From positions 7,200,001 to 7,232,000 of the forward strand of contig NC_008312.1 in assembly GCF_000014265.1 (NCBI RefSeq): 32,000 nucleotides of DNA, read 5' to 3'. Below, piece by piece: positions 1 through 9,625 of the stretch. The first letter of the stretch is position 1. Every line of letters begins with the position of its first letter. Below the pieces are notes generated by a model. It made no database searches and had not been told where the DNA came from. It was given only the letters and a program-made list of their open reading frames with translations. Origin of the DNA: Trichodesmium erythraeum IMS101. GTDB lineage: Bacteria > Cyanobacteriota > Cyanobacteriia > Cyanobacteriales > Microcoleaceae. The translations under genes and the position numbers were made by a program.

Positions 1-1
1 C

Positions 2-982
2 GCTACTGCGGAAAAAGTAGGTTTACAAATAAAAGCTGCTTTTGAAAATGAATTCTATCTGTTGAAATCTACTTCTGATGGTATTGCCCCCACAGATAAT
101 ACAGTTTTTGCCTCTACCTTCGGAATGGATATTAACCGTCTAGTCATTGATGACATTGCTGAGTCTCTCATTGCTCAAAAAATTCAAGTGGAAAAGTATT
201 ATCCAGAGTCAGGTCCTGGTCAACAGGAAATTTCTATCCGCTATACCGATGCTTTACAAGCTGCTGATAGACAAATAAGTTTTCGGGAAACAGTGCGAGG
301 AGTAGCTCTCAAATATGGACTTACTGCTTCTTTTCTGCCGAAAATTTTTGCTAACAAAGCAGGTAGCGGTTGCCACTTACATCTAAGTCTCTGGGAAGGA
401 GAGCAAAATATTGTTCCTGACTCAGATGAAATAGGGAAAATTTCCAAAACTGCTCGTTGTTTCATTGCTGGTATTCTCAAACATTTACCTGCTTTAATGG
501 CACTGACAACTCCGAGTGTTAATTCTTATCGTCGCATTCGCCCTCATTTTTGGAGTGGTGCTTTTCGTACTTGGGGGTTGGATAACCGGGAAGCTGCTGT
601 GAGGGTGCCGAGTAATTTTGCTCCCCCTTCTCCTACTCATTTTGAATTGAAAACTGTTGATGCTTCTGCTAATCCTTATTTGGCTTTGGGTAGTGTTATT
701 GTAGCTGGTTTGGATGGTATTAACTGTGGTCTTGATGTGGGAGAACCTGTGTCGGTTGACCCTGGTAATATGATGCAGGCAGAAAGGGAGGCGCGGGGAA
801 TAGATGCTTTGCCTAGTTCGTTGGCAGAGGCGATCGCTCATCTGAATAATAATGATGTGCTGAAAAATGCTTTGGGGTCTGAGTTGGCTCAAGCGTTTAT
901 TGCTGTTCGGCAAGCTGAGTGGGAGGAAATGAAGAATATGGAAATAGAAGAGGAGGTTAAAATTTTGTTGTCTAGATATTGA
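2..982 (+). CDS. Glutamine synthetase family protein (catalytic domain), 5' end outside the window
   Basis: The frame is open from base 2, so the TTG at 62 in the ORF track is not the real start. It carries the GS ATP-binding signature KIFANKAGSGCHLHLSLW, plus NEFYL and NSYRR-type motifs. Confidence 0.85.
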   Translation, partial: ATAEKVGLQIKAAFENEFYLLKSTSDGIAPTDNTVFASTFGMDINRLVIDDIAESLIAQKIQVEKYYPESGPGQQEISIRYTDALQAADRQISFRETVRGVALKYGLTASFLPKIFANKAGSGCHLHLSLWEGEQNIVPDSDEIGKISKTARCFIAGILKHLPALMALTTPSVNSYRRIRPHFWSGAFRTWGLDNREAAVRVPSNFAPPSPTHFELKTVDASANPYLALGSVIVAGLDGINCGLDVGEPVSVDPGNMMQAEREARGIDALPSSLAEAIAHLNNNDVLKNALGSELAQAFIAVRQAEWEEMKNMEIEEEVKILLSRY

Positions 983-1132
983 GTTTTTGTCGGGGAAGAT
1001 CCCTGATCACAGAAGTTTTATTATCAGTGCTTTTGAGATCATAGACCTCTGGGACTAAATCTTAATTCTGAACCTCTTGAGCGATCGCTCTACTTAATTT
1101 ATTGCTGTGGATGTCTATAGTTATTTTAAATA

Positions 1133-2003
1133 AGAATGAGACACTATTTGGCATAATAATTACGCATAATTTCCAAATCAAGAGGTATTGATAGGTGAAT
1201 ACATTCTAGCTCTTTTTAATACACTAAAATCATGTTCTATATCATTTAAATCAGGAGAGTATTTTCGCAAAAATAGTAATTGATGACCCCCTGCTTCTAC
1301 TAATTCTCTAATAACCTTTTTTCTATGAATTGGTTAATTCTCCATAATTAGTACACTGGGAATTTTTAATCATGGTAATAAATGTTGAGCTAACCATTGT
1401 TCAAATACCACGGCATTTAGGGTTCCTTTAAATATAATTGGTGCTATTAAATTTTTATTCCTTGTTTATGATAATATTTTTTCTTTCTTCTCTATTTCTT
1501 TCCCTATAACGAAGTTTTTTTTCAAGGAAATTTCATTTTTTTCAAAGCATAAAATATAGCTGGTTGATTAACTCCAAATTTTTTAGCTCTGTCTGCTAAT
1601 TTAAACTCTGGATTTGGTTTTACATCTTTTTCTAATTCTTTCCAATCTAATTTTATTCGACGACGTTTTACCTTAGTTGCTTCCAATTTTGTGCGAGATA
1701 ACCATCTATATATCGAAGCTATTCCTATCCGAAATACATGAGCTGCTTCGGTAAGCCTACCACCATTTTCTACAAAATTTATGACTTTTTATCTGAAGTA
1801 TAAACTGTAAGGTATGGTTAAAAATAGTTTCTAGTTGACTTAAAATTATTCTACTCAATTTTTTTATCAATCTTAATTTAAACAACTATAACTCGAAAAT
1901 AGACGAAAATAAAGCTCAATTTTCTAGTTAATTTAGAGTCTAAAAATTAGTTGAATCTAATTTTTATTTATAATTAAATACTTGTGTATTTGTGTCTCAT
2001 TCT
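1133..2003 (-). mobile_element. Defective IS630/Tc1-mariner family insertion sequence (about 871 bp)
   Basis: 12-bp terminal inverted repeats AGAATGAGACAC (1133-1144) and GTGTCTCATTCT (1992-2003). They are flanked by TA (1131-1132) and TA (2004-2005), as expected for an IS630 target duplication. The internal transposase frame is broken. Confidence 0.7.
1144..1815 (-). pseudogene. IS630-family transposase pseudogene (start mutated to ATA, several stops and frameshifts, internal deletion)
   Basis: The minus-strand translation gives IPYSLYFR*KVINFVENGG...AAHVFRIGIASIYRWLSRTKLEATKVKRRRIKLDWKELEKDVK. It then gives ...LIMEN.PIHRKKVIRELVEAGGHQLLFLRKYSPDLNDIEHDFSVLK, the typical IS630 DDE region (YSPDLN.IE). 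Confidence 0.7.
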
Positions 2004-2067
2004 ATATGAGTAAGTTTTGTTTTATTTAACCTATTTGGGATTGCTATATTTTCTGATAATAAGCATT

Positions 2068-2805
2068 TCAAAAAACAATGTCAGTATTATTTATCTGCCA
2101 AAAACTCAACTTTTGATTTTTCTCTGCTACTACTACGGCAGCTATATAATTGGGTTGAGGAATAAATTGATATAAATACCAATGAGATGCTGCCTCAATA
2201 TCTCCATTAATACTAAAAAATTCTACTGGTTTTTCTGGGGTTAAACAAATTTCTACTTTTTCTAGATGACCTGCTAGTCCATCTCCTGTTGCTTTTAAAT
2301 AAGCTTCTTTGCAAGTCCATATTTTAAAAAATGTTTCTTGTTGTTTTTGAGGAGGAAGTTGACTAATAAGCTTGTATTCTTGAAGAGAAAAAAAACGTTT
2401 TGCTAAATTTACAGCATCATTCATTGGGCGGATATATTCTAAGTCAATTCCTATTAAGTTAATTTTGGTAATGCCATATAAGGCTAAGTCTTGAGAGTGG
2501 GATAGGTTAAATAATATTGAAGTATTTTTTAAGTAGGGTTTGCCGCGATCGCTATAAGTAAATTGTAGTTTTTTTGGTTCAATGTTTAAGTAACGGCTGA
2601 GAATTGTTCTGAGTGTTCCTCTGGCAATTATAAAGCGATTTTTGTCTTTTTCAAAATAAAATTTGTTGGCTCTATTTTTTTCATCTGGCGATAATATTGT
2701 TGATAATTCCTCAATTTTATCAGATGATAATTTTAGGTTTGTACTCCATATATGAACGTTATTTTCTGATAGCTCGAATTTTTTTTCTGCCTGATCAAGT
2801 AACAT
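2068..2805 (-). CDS. Sfp-type 4'-phosphopantetheinyl transferase (HetI-like)
   Basis: PPTase motifs GIDLEYI and WTCKEAYLKATG. The 245-aa length is typical of the Sfp/HetI group. Confidence 0.9.
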   Translation of the reverse strand: MLLDQAEKKFELSENNVHIWSTNLKLSSDKIEELSTILSPDEKNRANKFYFEKDKNRFIIARGTLRTILSRYLNIEPKKLQFTYSDRGKPYLKNTSILFNLSHSQDLALYGITKINLIGIDLEYIRPMNDAVNLAKRFFSLQEYKLISQLPPQKQQETFFKIWTCKEAYLKATGDGLAGHLEKVEICLTPEKPVEFFSINGDIEAASHWYLYQFIPQPNYIAAVVVAEKNQKLSFWQINNTDIVF

Positions 2806-2825
2806 TTATTTTTGGAATGTATTTT

Positions 2826-3665
2826 TTTTAGTTGAATAAAAAATCATGTATATAGACGAACGCCCCCTTATATCTAGACTACTACAACTGATTGCTAAAT
2901 GCAACCCTCTTTTTTGATTCGGCACGGGGAGCTTCATAGAATGTTGAGGCAAATTCTGCATTGAGTGCAACTGCGAAAATACTTTTTACTTGTTCTGTCA
3001 AGTTTTCTGTGGCGACTATTTTTCTGGAGCTTAAGAAAATGGTATTTAGCTTTTTCTCAGTAATTTCTGGGTTTATGGTGAATTAGAAAAAAAAAGCGCT
3101 TAAATCTTAGCCAGATCGGGAATTCTAGAAAAAAATCTCACCGACAGCTTTAGCTGTATCAAACTATTAGAGTTACTTTTTTGGCGTTGAATAAAAAATC
3201 ATACATATGTACAATAAGCCTCTACAACTAATAATACTACAAGTGATTGCTAAATGCAACCCTCTTTTTTTGATTCGGCACTGGGAGCTTCATAGAATGT
3301 TAAAGCAAATTCTGCATTGAGTGCAACTGCGAAAATAATTTTTACTTATTCTGTTAAGTTTTCTGCTGCGGCTATATCTTTTAGAGCTTAAGAAAATGAT
3401 GGATAACTTTTTTTTCAGTGATTCAGCCTAGAGCCAAGATTTTTTTAAGTTGAACAATAAGTCATACAAATTGGCGAGAAAACCCTGATGTATTTTTACA
3501 ATACTACAGGCGATCACCAAATGCAACCCCATTTTTCGGCGCAACTATTTTGTTGTGGTGCTTGATAAAATGTTAAAGATTTTGCTTTGAGAATAGTTGA
3601 GAGCAAAAAAATATCAGTAGTTAGCAAACCTTCTGCTTCCCTACCTACCTTCCTAGTTCTTGCTT
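2826..3665. repeat. Three tandem diverged direct repeats (units about 2826-3176, 3177-3438, 3439-3665)
   Basis: Each unit opens with GTTGAA(T/C)AA.A..TCAT and contains the core GAT(T/C).C.AAATGCAACCC. Units 1 and 2 also share GCATTGAGTGCAACTGCGAAAAT and GAGCTTAAGAAAATG. Confidence 0.85.
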
Positions 3666-3687
3666 ATTCCGGCACTGCCTTCATTCT

Positions 3688-4821
3688 TCAAAAATCTACT
3701 CCAGGTTTTAATTCCACTCCATGATTAGCATAATGCTTATGGCAAAAGACTTCTGAATGAACACTAGCTAAATCAAAATAATCAGGCGGGTTAAGACAAC
3801 GACCAGTAATAATGACCTCTGTATCTTTTGGTTTGCGTAATAAAGCTTCAACTATTGGCTTGACAGGCAATAACTCTAAATCTACAGTAGGATTAAGCTC
3901 ATCTAAAATAATAGTCTTATACAAACCAGATGCAATAGCAGCCCTAGCTATTTCCCAACCTCTTTCTGCTTCAACAAAATCTATTTCTTTTTGTTGCCCA
4001 CGCCAAACAATGGCATCTCCACCACAACGTTGATGATCTACTAAATTCGGATAACTTTGGCGCAAAGCAGCGATCGCTGCATCTTCTGTATAACCAATAC
4101 CTCCTTTAAGCCATTGTATAATTAAGACCCTATGAGACTGGTCTTGACTAATACCCCGACCTATTGCCTGTAATGCTTTTCCCAAAGCACTAGTAGATTT
4201 GCCCTTACCAGCACCAGTATAAATCTCAATCCCAGTTATACCATGACTTTGAGCAGTGGAATTTTGATGGGGTTTCATTTCTGAATGTAAGTCAGCTATG
4301 TCCAACAAACCTTGAGGAGCTGCACGACCTGTAGCGATAATTTCTAATTGTTCTGGTTTGTTCTTGATAGTATTAATTACTTCATCCACTGGTAATAAAC
4401 CTAAGTCCAAAACAGGGTTTAATTCATCTAATACGACCACTGAGTAGAGGTCAGAAGCGATCGCTCCTTTAACCACATCCCAACCACGTTGTGCTTCTTG
4501 ATGGTCAAATTGAGTGATTTGTTCAGGCCCAAAGTACTCAGAACGACCTGTGCGTACTTGGTCTATCAGATGAGGAAAGCCTTTTTGTAGTGCTTCTATC
4601 GCAGCATCTTCATCATAGGAGCGGTCAGGACCTTTGAGAAATCTCAGTAATAATACTCTAGTAGGAGAGTCAGAATGTATGCCAAGGCCAATAGAACGTA
4701 AAACTACTCCCAAAGCTGCCTGAGATTTACCTTTACTTGCTCCATCGTAAACATGAATTTGCCCCACAATTCTTTCTGACATGAGTTGTGCAGTGCGTAT
4801 ACCAATGCCGTTTCTTCTCAT
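3688..4821 (-). CDS. Double-domain CobA/CobO/BtuR-like P-loop protein (cob(I)yrinic acid a,c-diamide adenosyltransferase family, internally duplicated)
   Basis: Two homologous halves. Each has a P-loop (DGASKGKS and TGAGKGKS), an (L/I)LDELN motif and a TGR motif. The second half ends with the family C-terminal motif KHYANHGVELKPGVDF. Confidence 0.8.
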   Translation of the reverse strand: MRRNGIGIRTAQLMSERIVGQIHVYDGASKGKSQAALGVVLRSIGLGIHSDSPTRVLLLRFLKGPDRSYDEDAAIEALQKGFPHLIDQVRTGRSEYFGPEQITQFDHQEAQRGWDVVKGAIASDLYSVVVLDELNPVLDLGLLPVDEVINTIKNKPEQLEIIATGRAAPQGLLDIADLHSEMKPHQNSTAQSHGITGIEIYTGAGKGKSTSALGKALQAIGRGISQDQSHRVLIIQWLKGGIGYTEDAAIAALRQSYPNLVDHQRCGGDAIVWRGQQKEIDFVEAERGWEIARAAIASGLYKTIILDELNPTVDLELLPVKPIVEALLRKPKDTEVIITGRCLNPPDYFDLASVHSEVFCHKHYANHGVELKPGVDF

Positions 4822-6063
4822 AAGGGTTATTTGAGGTTTGTGATTTTTGATTTTGGTTATCTAGTTAATATAGCGCTTCTCAATGGGAATGAGCTAGAAA
4901 GGAAGGAGGATGAATGAATGAAAAATGAGTAAACTTTGAAAAAAGGGAAAAATTATTAAGATGTACCTTGTAGCATCTGACTAGATAGTTTTTACTTAAT
5001 TCTAACATTTTTATTTAACAATGGCCTTAATAATTTTTACTCATATCTTATTATAAATGTTTTATAAAGTTAAAGATTCACCTGTAGAAGTAATCTATCA
5101 TGGCTTGAAAGCTAAGATTTAAAGTTATATGCAGTCTGACTTGAAGAAATTGGTATTAAACTTTTTATCAGCAGTTATGCAAAATTAATTAAACACTTAT
5201 ACATATAAATATAGCGGTGTAAAAATTAATCAAGTACAGTCATATAATGTTCTAAAAGTACTCTGAATGCGGCTGCTCATGAACTTTACTCATGATTATC
5301 TACCTCAGCACATGGTCAACATTTATAAACAGGGAGATACTTGCTTGTGCTGATTACCTACATATGTAAAAATCACAGGGAAGCAATAATGGTAATTAAA
5401 TTTGCCTAGACAAAATTTAAGTTTAACTTCATGGATAAATAGTATCATCAGTATAATAATTATTATATCTAATATGAAATACCCCACTATGTTTGCTACC
5501 AAAAATTGATAAAAACATACAGAGGATGGGGAAATTGTTTGCTCATCAGTAAAATTATTATAAATAATGTTTAAAAATAGATAATTATATGGACATATAT
5601 AACAGATGAGCAAGCAAATAATTTACAGGGTAAATGGTGAAAATATTTTATTGCAGGGCATCATACTCTCAATTAAAGTAACTCATAGGTAACACCAAGC
5701 CTCTGTATCTGTAATAAACATTTAGCCTTGGAAAGAATAAAGCATAAATTAATTTATATAATTTAATTTATAATTTTCAATTCTTCTGAAGACTAGTTCC
5801 TCCTGAAATGTGAGAATAAGTTAATAACTGATAGCTAAACTACTATCTGTTCTTTTTTATTACTTAATGCTAATTTCTGAAATATTAGATTTACTAAATA
5901 GGTGGTAACAAGAATTATTAACTATATTCAATTTTGTCAAGTAACTTCTAGCTTAAGACGAAAATTGATTTAAAATAAAACTGACATTTTGTTACATAGC
6001 TGCAAATTTAAACACTTACTTAATTCAAGTAAATTTTAGTTCCTTGATCTAGGAAAATTAACT

Positions 6064-6546
6064 ATGAGCTTAACTATTTTGCCTTTAAGGGCAATTCTTT
6101 CTGAATCTTTAATATTATTAGTAGCAATTGCCATTGAATCATGGTTTTTTCAACTAAAACTTAATTTTACACCAAAAGCTAGTGTTGAATATGCAACTGT
6201 AATGAATTTAATTTCTAGTTGTATAAAATGGGTTTTATTTTTTTCTGCTGTAAGTATGCTAACAAATACCTTAGAACAAAAAATAGTGGCTTATATTTTA
6301 TTTGGTAAGATTGGTCCTATTTATCCTATATTTATACTTTTTATATTTTTGTTTTTTTTAATTTCTCTAATTATCAAGTTAGTCAGCTTTAATTTGTGTG
6401 ATTCATTATGGGGTGCTGGTATGAAAATATCTCAAGCTTGGAGAAAGTTAAGAACACCAAATTCTATTGTAATTATAGTAGCTCACATTTGTAGCTATTT
6501 AGTAATATGTTTAATTTTACTTTTACAGAGGTATGAACTAACATGA
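6064..6546 (+). CDS. fraC: Small polytopic membrane protein, FraC-like (filament integrity / septal junction operon)
   Basis: 160 aa with about 4 hydrophobic segments. It is the first gene of a three-gene set whose order and sizes match fraC-fraD-fraE of Anabaena. The assignment comes from synteny and recollection, not alignment. Confidence 0.5.
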   Translation: MSLTILPLRAILSESLILLVAIAIESWFFQLKLNFTPKASVEYATVMNLISSCIKWVLFFSAVSMLTNTLEQKIVAYILFGKIGPIYPIFILFIFLFFLISLIIKLVSFNLCDSLWGAGMKISQAWRKLRTPNSIVIIVAHICSYLVICLILLLQRYELT

Positions 6547-7583
6547 AAGAAATTTGGAAAAGTATGACTGGTTTGTTTGGGGGCATTTTTGGTTTTCTGA
6601 AGGATGCACTAAATTTAATTTTACCACCTAAGTTTTGGCACTGGCAGACATTTTCTGTATTGACGATAATTTTATGGTTACTGTCAATGATTATTAGCGA
6701 AGTTGATAGTGACAAGCAAGAAGAAATTAATTTTATTTCTAGTTTAAGTTGGCTATCTTTAACGATTGCTGTGGGATGGCGTACTAATCAAAAACCATTT
6801 GTTTTTGGTGAATTAAGTTTGTCTCCTTGGATGACTGGAGGATTAATTTGCTTTCTTTTATCTGAAAATTTGGCAACTAATATTCAGCATATTGCTATTG
6901 TTATTTGGCCAATAATTTCTATATGTATAGCAGGGGTAATTTTAGTATTAACTTCTTCTGAAGCAGAAAAAACAGCTAAGTTTTCTCAATTATTAAAGCC
7001 AAATTTTGTAATTTTAATTTTGGTAAACTTTTTGCTTAGTTGTTGGTTAGGATTACATTTTATGATTCAGATGATGGTGGAACAATACCCAACAATGGGA
7101 GAAAAAAATTTAAGTAAAAGTACTTTTGTTTATAGATTAAAAAACCCTTCAATAAATGATTATCGAGGTGCAAAAATTTTGAACTTAATGGAGCAAAAGT
7201 TAAAAAATGATTTGGGTAGTCAAAAGTTGGGGTTATCAGTACCTAAGATGAAGTTGAGATTGGAAAATATTAAAGATGAAGTGACTAAGGAAATATCTGT
7301 AGTTAAAGAAGATGATTTATGGAAGTTACAAACACCAATAGTTGCTAACCAGTCTGGATATCAGTTGGAGTTACAATTATTTTGGATAGGACCTACAGTA
7401 AAAGATGAAAGTTATTATCTGAGTAAAAGTTGTAAAATAGGGGAAAAAGTTACTCAAAGAAATTCTGGTTCTACAACACAAAATGAGGCTGTACCAATTA
7501 GGGTTGGTAATGTTGAATGTGGTGTTGTAGAGAAAAAAAATGTTACATTAGAAAGCCAACAAGAAAATATGAAAAAGATTTAA
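6543..7583 (+). CDS. fraD: Membrane protein with hydrophilic C-terminal half, FraD-like
   Basis: 346 aa (Anabaena FraD is about 343 aa). The N-terminal half is multi-TM and the C-terminal half is charged. Its start overlaps the upstream stop in ATGA (6543-6546), suggesting translational coupling. Confidence 0.5.
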   Translation: MKEIWKSMTGLFGGIFGFLKDALNLILPPKFWHWQTFSVLTIILWLLSMIISEVDSDKQEEINFISSLSWLSLTIAVGWRTNQKPFVFGELSLSPWMTGGLICFLLSENLATNIQHIAIVIWPIISICIAGVILVLTSSEAEKTAKFSQLLKPNFVILILVNFLLSCWLGLHFMIQMMVEQYPTMGEKNLSKSTFVYRLKNPSINDYRGAKILNLMEQKLKNDLGSQKLGLSVPKMKLRLENIKDEVTKEISVVKEDDLWKLQTPIVANQSGYQLELQLFWIGPTVKDESYYLSKSCKIGEKVTQRNSGSTTQNEAVPIRVGNVECGVVEKKNVTLESQQENMKKI

Positions 7584-7612
7584 ATCTGAATGAAAAAAAA
7601 ATGAAGTGAGAG

Positions 7613-8401
7613 GTGAGAAAATATTCTATGAATATGGGGAGAATTGTTAAAATTGCGAAGAATGTATTTGGGGAAGCAATTCGCGATCGAATTCTTTATA
7701 TAATCGGTTTATTTGCTTTATTAATGGTAGCTGCTGTGAGGTTAATTCCAGAATTATCTGTAGGTACAGATGATAAAATAATTTTAGACTTTGGGTTGGC
7801 AGCTATTAGTATTTTAGGTTTAATTGTGACAGTTTTTATTGGCACAAATTTAGTAAATAAGGAAATTGAAAAACGTACTGTTTATATTTTGGTTGCTAAA
7901 CCTTTGAGTCGTTCAGAATTAATTGTTGGTAAACATATTGGTTTATCGGCAGTTTTAGCTGTTTTATTGATAGTTATGACTGTAATATATGGATTGATTC
8001 TTAGTTTAAGTGGAATTTCTTATCCTATAGGTAGCATTTTAGTAACTGTAATATTTATATTTATTCAGTTGTCATTACTTACGGCGGTGGCAATTTTATT
8101 TGGTGTATTTACCAGTTCTTTATTAGCAACATTATTTACATTTGGTATCTATTTGATGGGAAATTTAAGTAGAGATTTGGTGAAGTTGGGCGATTTAAGT
8201 GATAACCCTGGAATTAAAAAGTTAATGATGGGATTATATGTTATATTGCCAGATTTAAGCAGATTAAATTTGAAAAATGATGCAGTTTATGGTTTACTGC
8301 CAAGTATGGCTAATTTAGTTAGTAATTTTGGTTATGCTTTGCTCTATATAATATTGCTTTTATCAATTACTATTGCTATATTTGCTAGGCGAGAATTTTG
8401 A
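7613..8401 (+). CDS. fraE: ABC-2-type permease-like membrane protein, FraE-like
   Basis: About 6-7 TM segments. The N-terminus IAKNVFGEAIRDRILYIIGLFALLM is typical of NosY/ABC-2 permeases. The start could be GTG 7613 or ATG 7628. No ATPase gene is adjacent. Confidence 0.6.
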   Translation: MRKYSMNMGRIVKIAKNVFGEAIRDRILYIIGLFALLMVAAVRLIPELSVGTDDKIILDFGLAAISILGLIVTVFIGTNLVNKEIEKRTVYILVAKPLSRSELIVGKHIGLSAVLAVLLIVMTVIYGLILSLSGISYPIGSILVTVIFIFIQLSLLTAVAILFGVFTSSLLATLFTFGIYLMGNLSRDLVKLGDLSDNPGIKKLMMGLYVILPDLSRLNLKNDAVYGLLPSMANLVSNFGYALLYIILLLSITIAIFARREF

Positions 8402-8726
8402 TATAGTAATTCCATTTTTTTTAGGGATTAGGGATTAGAAGAGATGGTGGTTTAGTAAGACTTTTGAGAAAAAACTTTTCTAAATTTATCAAGAGTGGGA
8501 GGGTAGGGATGTTCCATATAATATCCGTAATTTTAGAACAACAATTAATCTGCTAATAGCTATTGATTATCAAAAAGTTATTAGGATTATATTTATCATA
8601 AATAAGGAGTATAATATTAACATGTAATAATTAATATAAATTGGTAAAGAGGATAGAGATAAACTAGAAAAAAAATTATTACTTAGTAATTTTAAAAATG
8701 CTATTTATTTGATAATAAAAAAGATA

Positions 8727-9572
8727 ATGTTAACAAAAAAATTAGAAGAGCTGAAAAATATATTTGCTGAAATGGAGAAAGCTTTAATTGCTTACTCTGG
8801 TGGAATAGATAGCACTTTAGTGGCAAAAGTTGCTTATGATATTTTGGGAGATAAGGCTTTAGCTATCACTGCTGTTTCTCCTTCCTTATTACCTGAAGAT
8901 TTGGAAGATGCTCGCATTCAAGCAGCAGTTATTGGTATTTCTCATGAAGAGGTAAAAACTAATGAAATGGAGAATAAAAATTATACTTCTAATCCCATAA
9001 ACCGTTGCTATTTTTGCAAAAGTGAATTGCATGATACTCTCAAACCTTTGGCTTTAAAAAGAGGTTATTTTTATGTATTAGATGGAGTTAATGCTGACGA
9101 TCTACGAGATTACCGTCCTGGCATTCAAGCAGCAAAAGAAAGAGGTGCAAGATCGCCTTTAGCAGAAGTAGGAATTAGTAAGTTTGAAGTTAGACAACTT
9201 GCGAAAGATTTAGATTTACCTTGGTGGGATAAACCTTCTCAACCTTGTTTAAGTTCCCGGTTTCCTTATGGAGAAGAAATTACTTTAGAAAAGTTACAAA
9301 GGGTGGGGCGCGGAGAAAGATATTTGCGAAATTTGGGATTAAAAAGTTTACGGGTACGTTCAGAAAAAGATACTGCTCGAATTGAAATTTTGCCAGAAAA
9401 AATTAAGGAATTCGTGTTGACAATAGATTTGCCTAAATTAGTAAAAAAGTTTCAAGAGTTTGGCTTTATTTATGTGACTTTAGATTTAGAAGGATATCGG
9501 AGTGGAAAGTTAAATCAGGTTTTGTCGCCGGAGGTATTGGGAGCAGGGTTGTTTCAAAGTATTAGAAGTTAA
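8727..9572 (+). CDS. larE: PP-loop ATP pyrophosphatase, LarE-like sulfur transferase (TIGR00268-type)
   Basis: PP-loop SGGIDST and conserved Cys motif QPCLSSRFPYG. ATG 8727 is preferred over the TTG at 8709 in the track. Confidence 0.7.
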   Translation: MLTKKLEELKNIFAEMEKALIAYSGGIDSTLVAKVAYDILGDKALAITAVSPSLLPEDLEDARIQAAVIGISHEEVKTNEMENKNYTSNPINRCYFCKSELHDTLKPLALKRGYFYVLDGVNADDLRDYRPGIQAAKERGARSPLAEVGISKFEVRQLAKDLDLPWWDKPSQPCLSSRFPYGEEITLEKLQRVGRGERYLRNLGLKSLRVRSEKDTARIEILPEKIKEFVLTIDLPKLVKKFQEFGFIYVTLDLEGYRSGKLNQVLSPEVLGAGLFQSIRS

Positions 9573-9625
9573 CTAACTAATAGTCAGTTAAGCAAATGCT
9601 TACTTCATTGATGAAAAATATAAGA

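Noticed and set aside
241-913. Minus-strand ORFs 241-480 and 494-913
   Set aside because: They lie entirely antisense to the well-supported glutamine synthetase frame. Their composition is odd (R/S/T/Q-rich). They are shadow ORFs.
3812-4033. Plus-strand ORF of 73 aa
   Set aside because: It is antisense within the CobO-like gene and has no motifs.
5323-5613. Minus-strand ORF of 96 aa with a TTG start in the long spacer
   Set aside because: The translation is an I/F/Y/N/L-rich reading of AT-rich DNA. There is no SD and no recognisable family. A small membrane protein cannot be fully excluded.
6473-6715. Minus-strand ORF of 80 aa
   Set aside because: It is antisense across the fraC/fraD-like junction.
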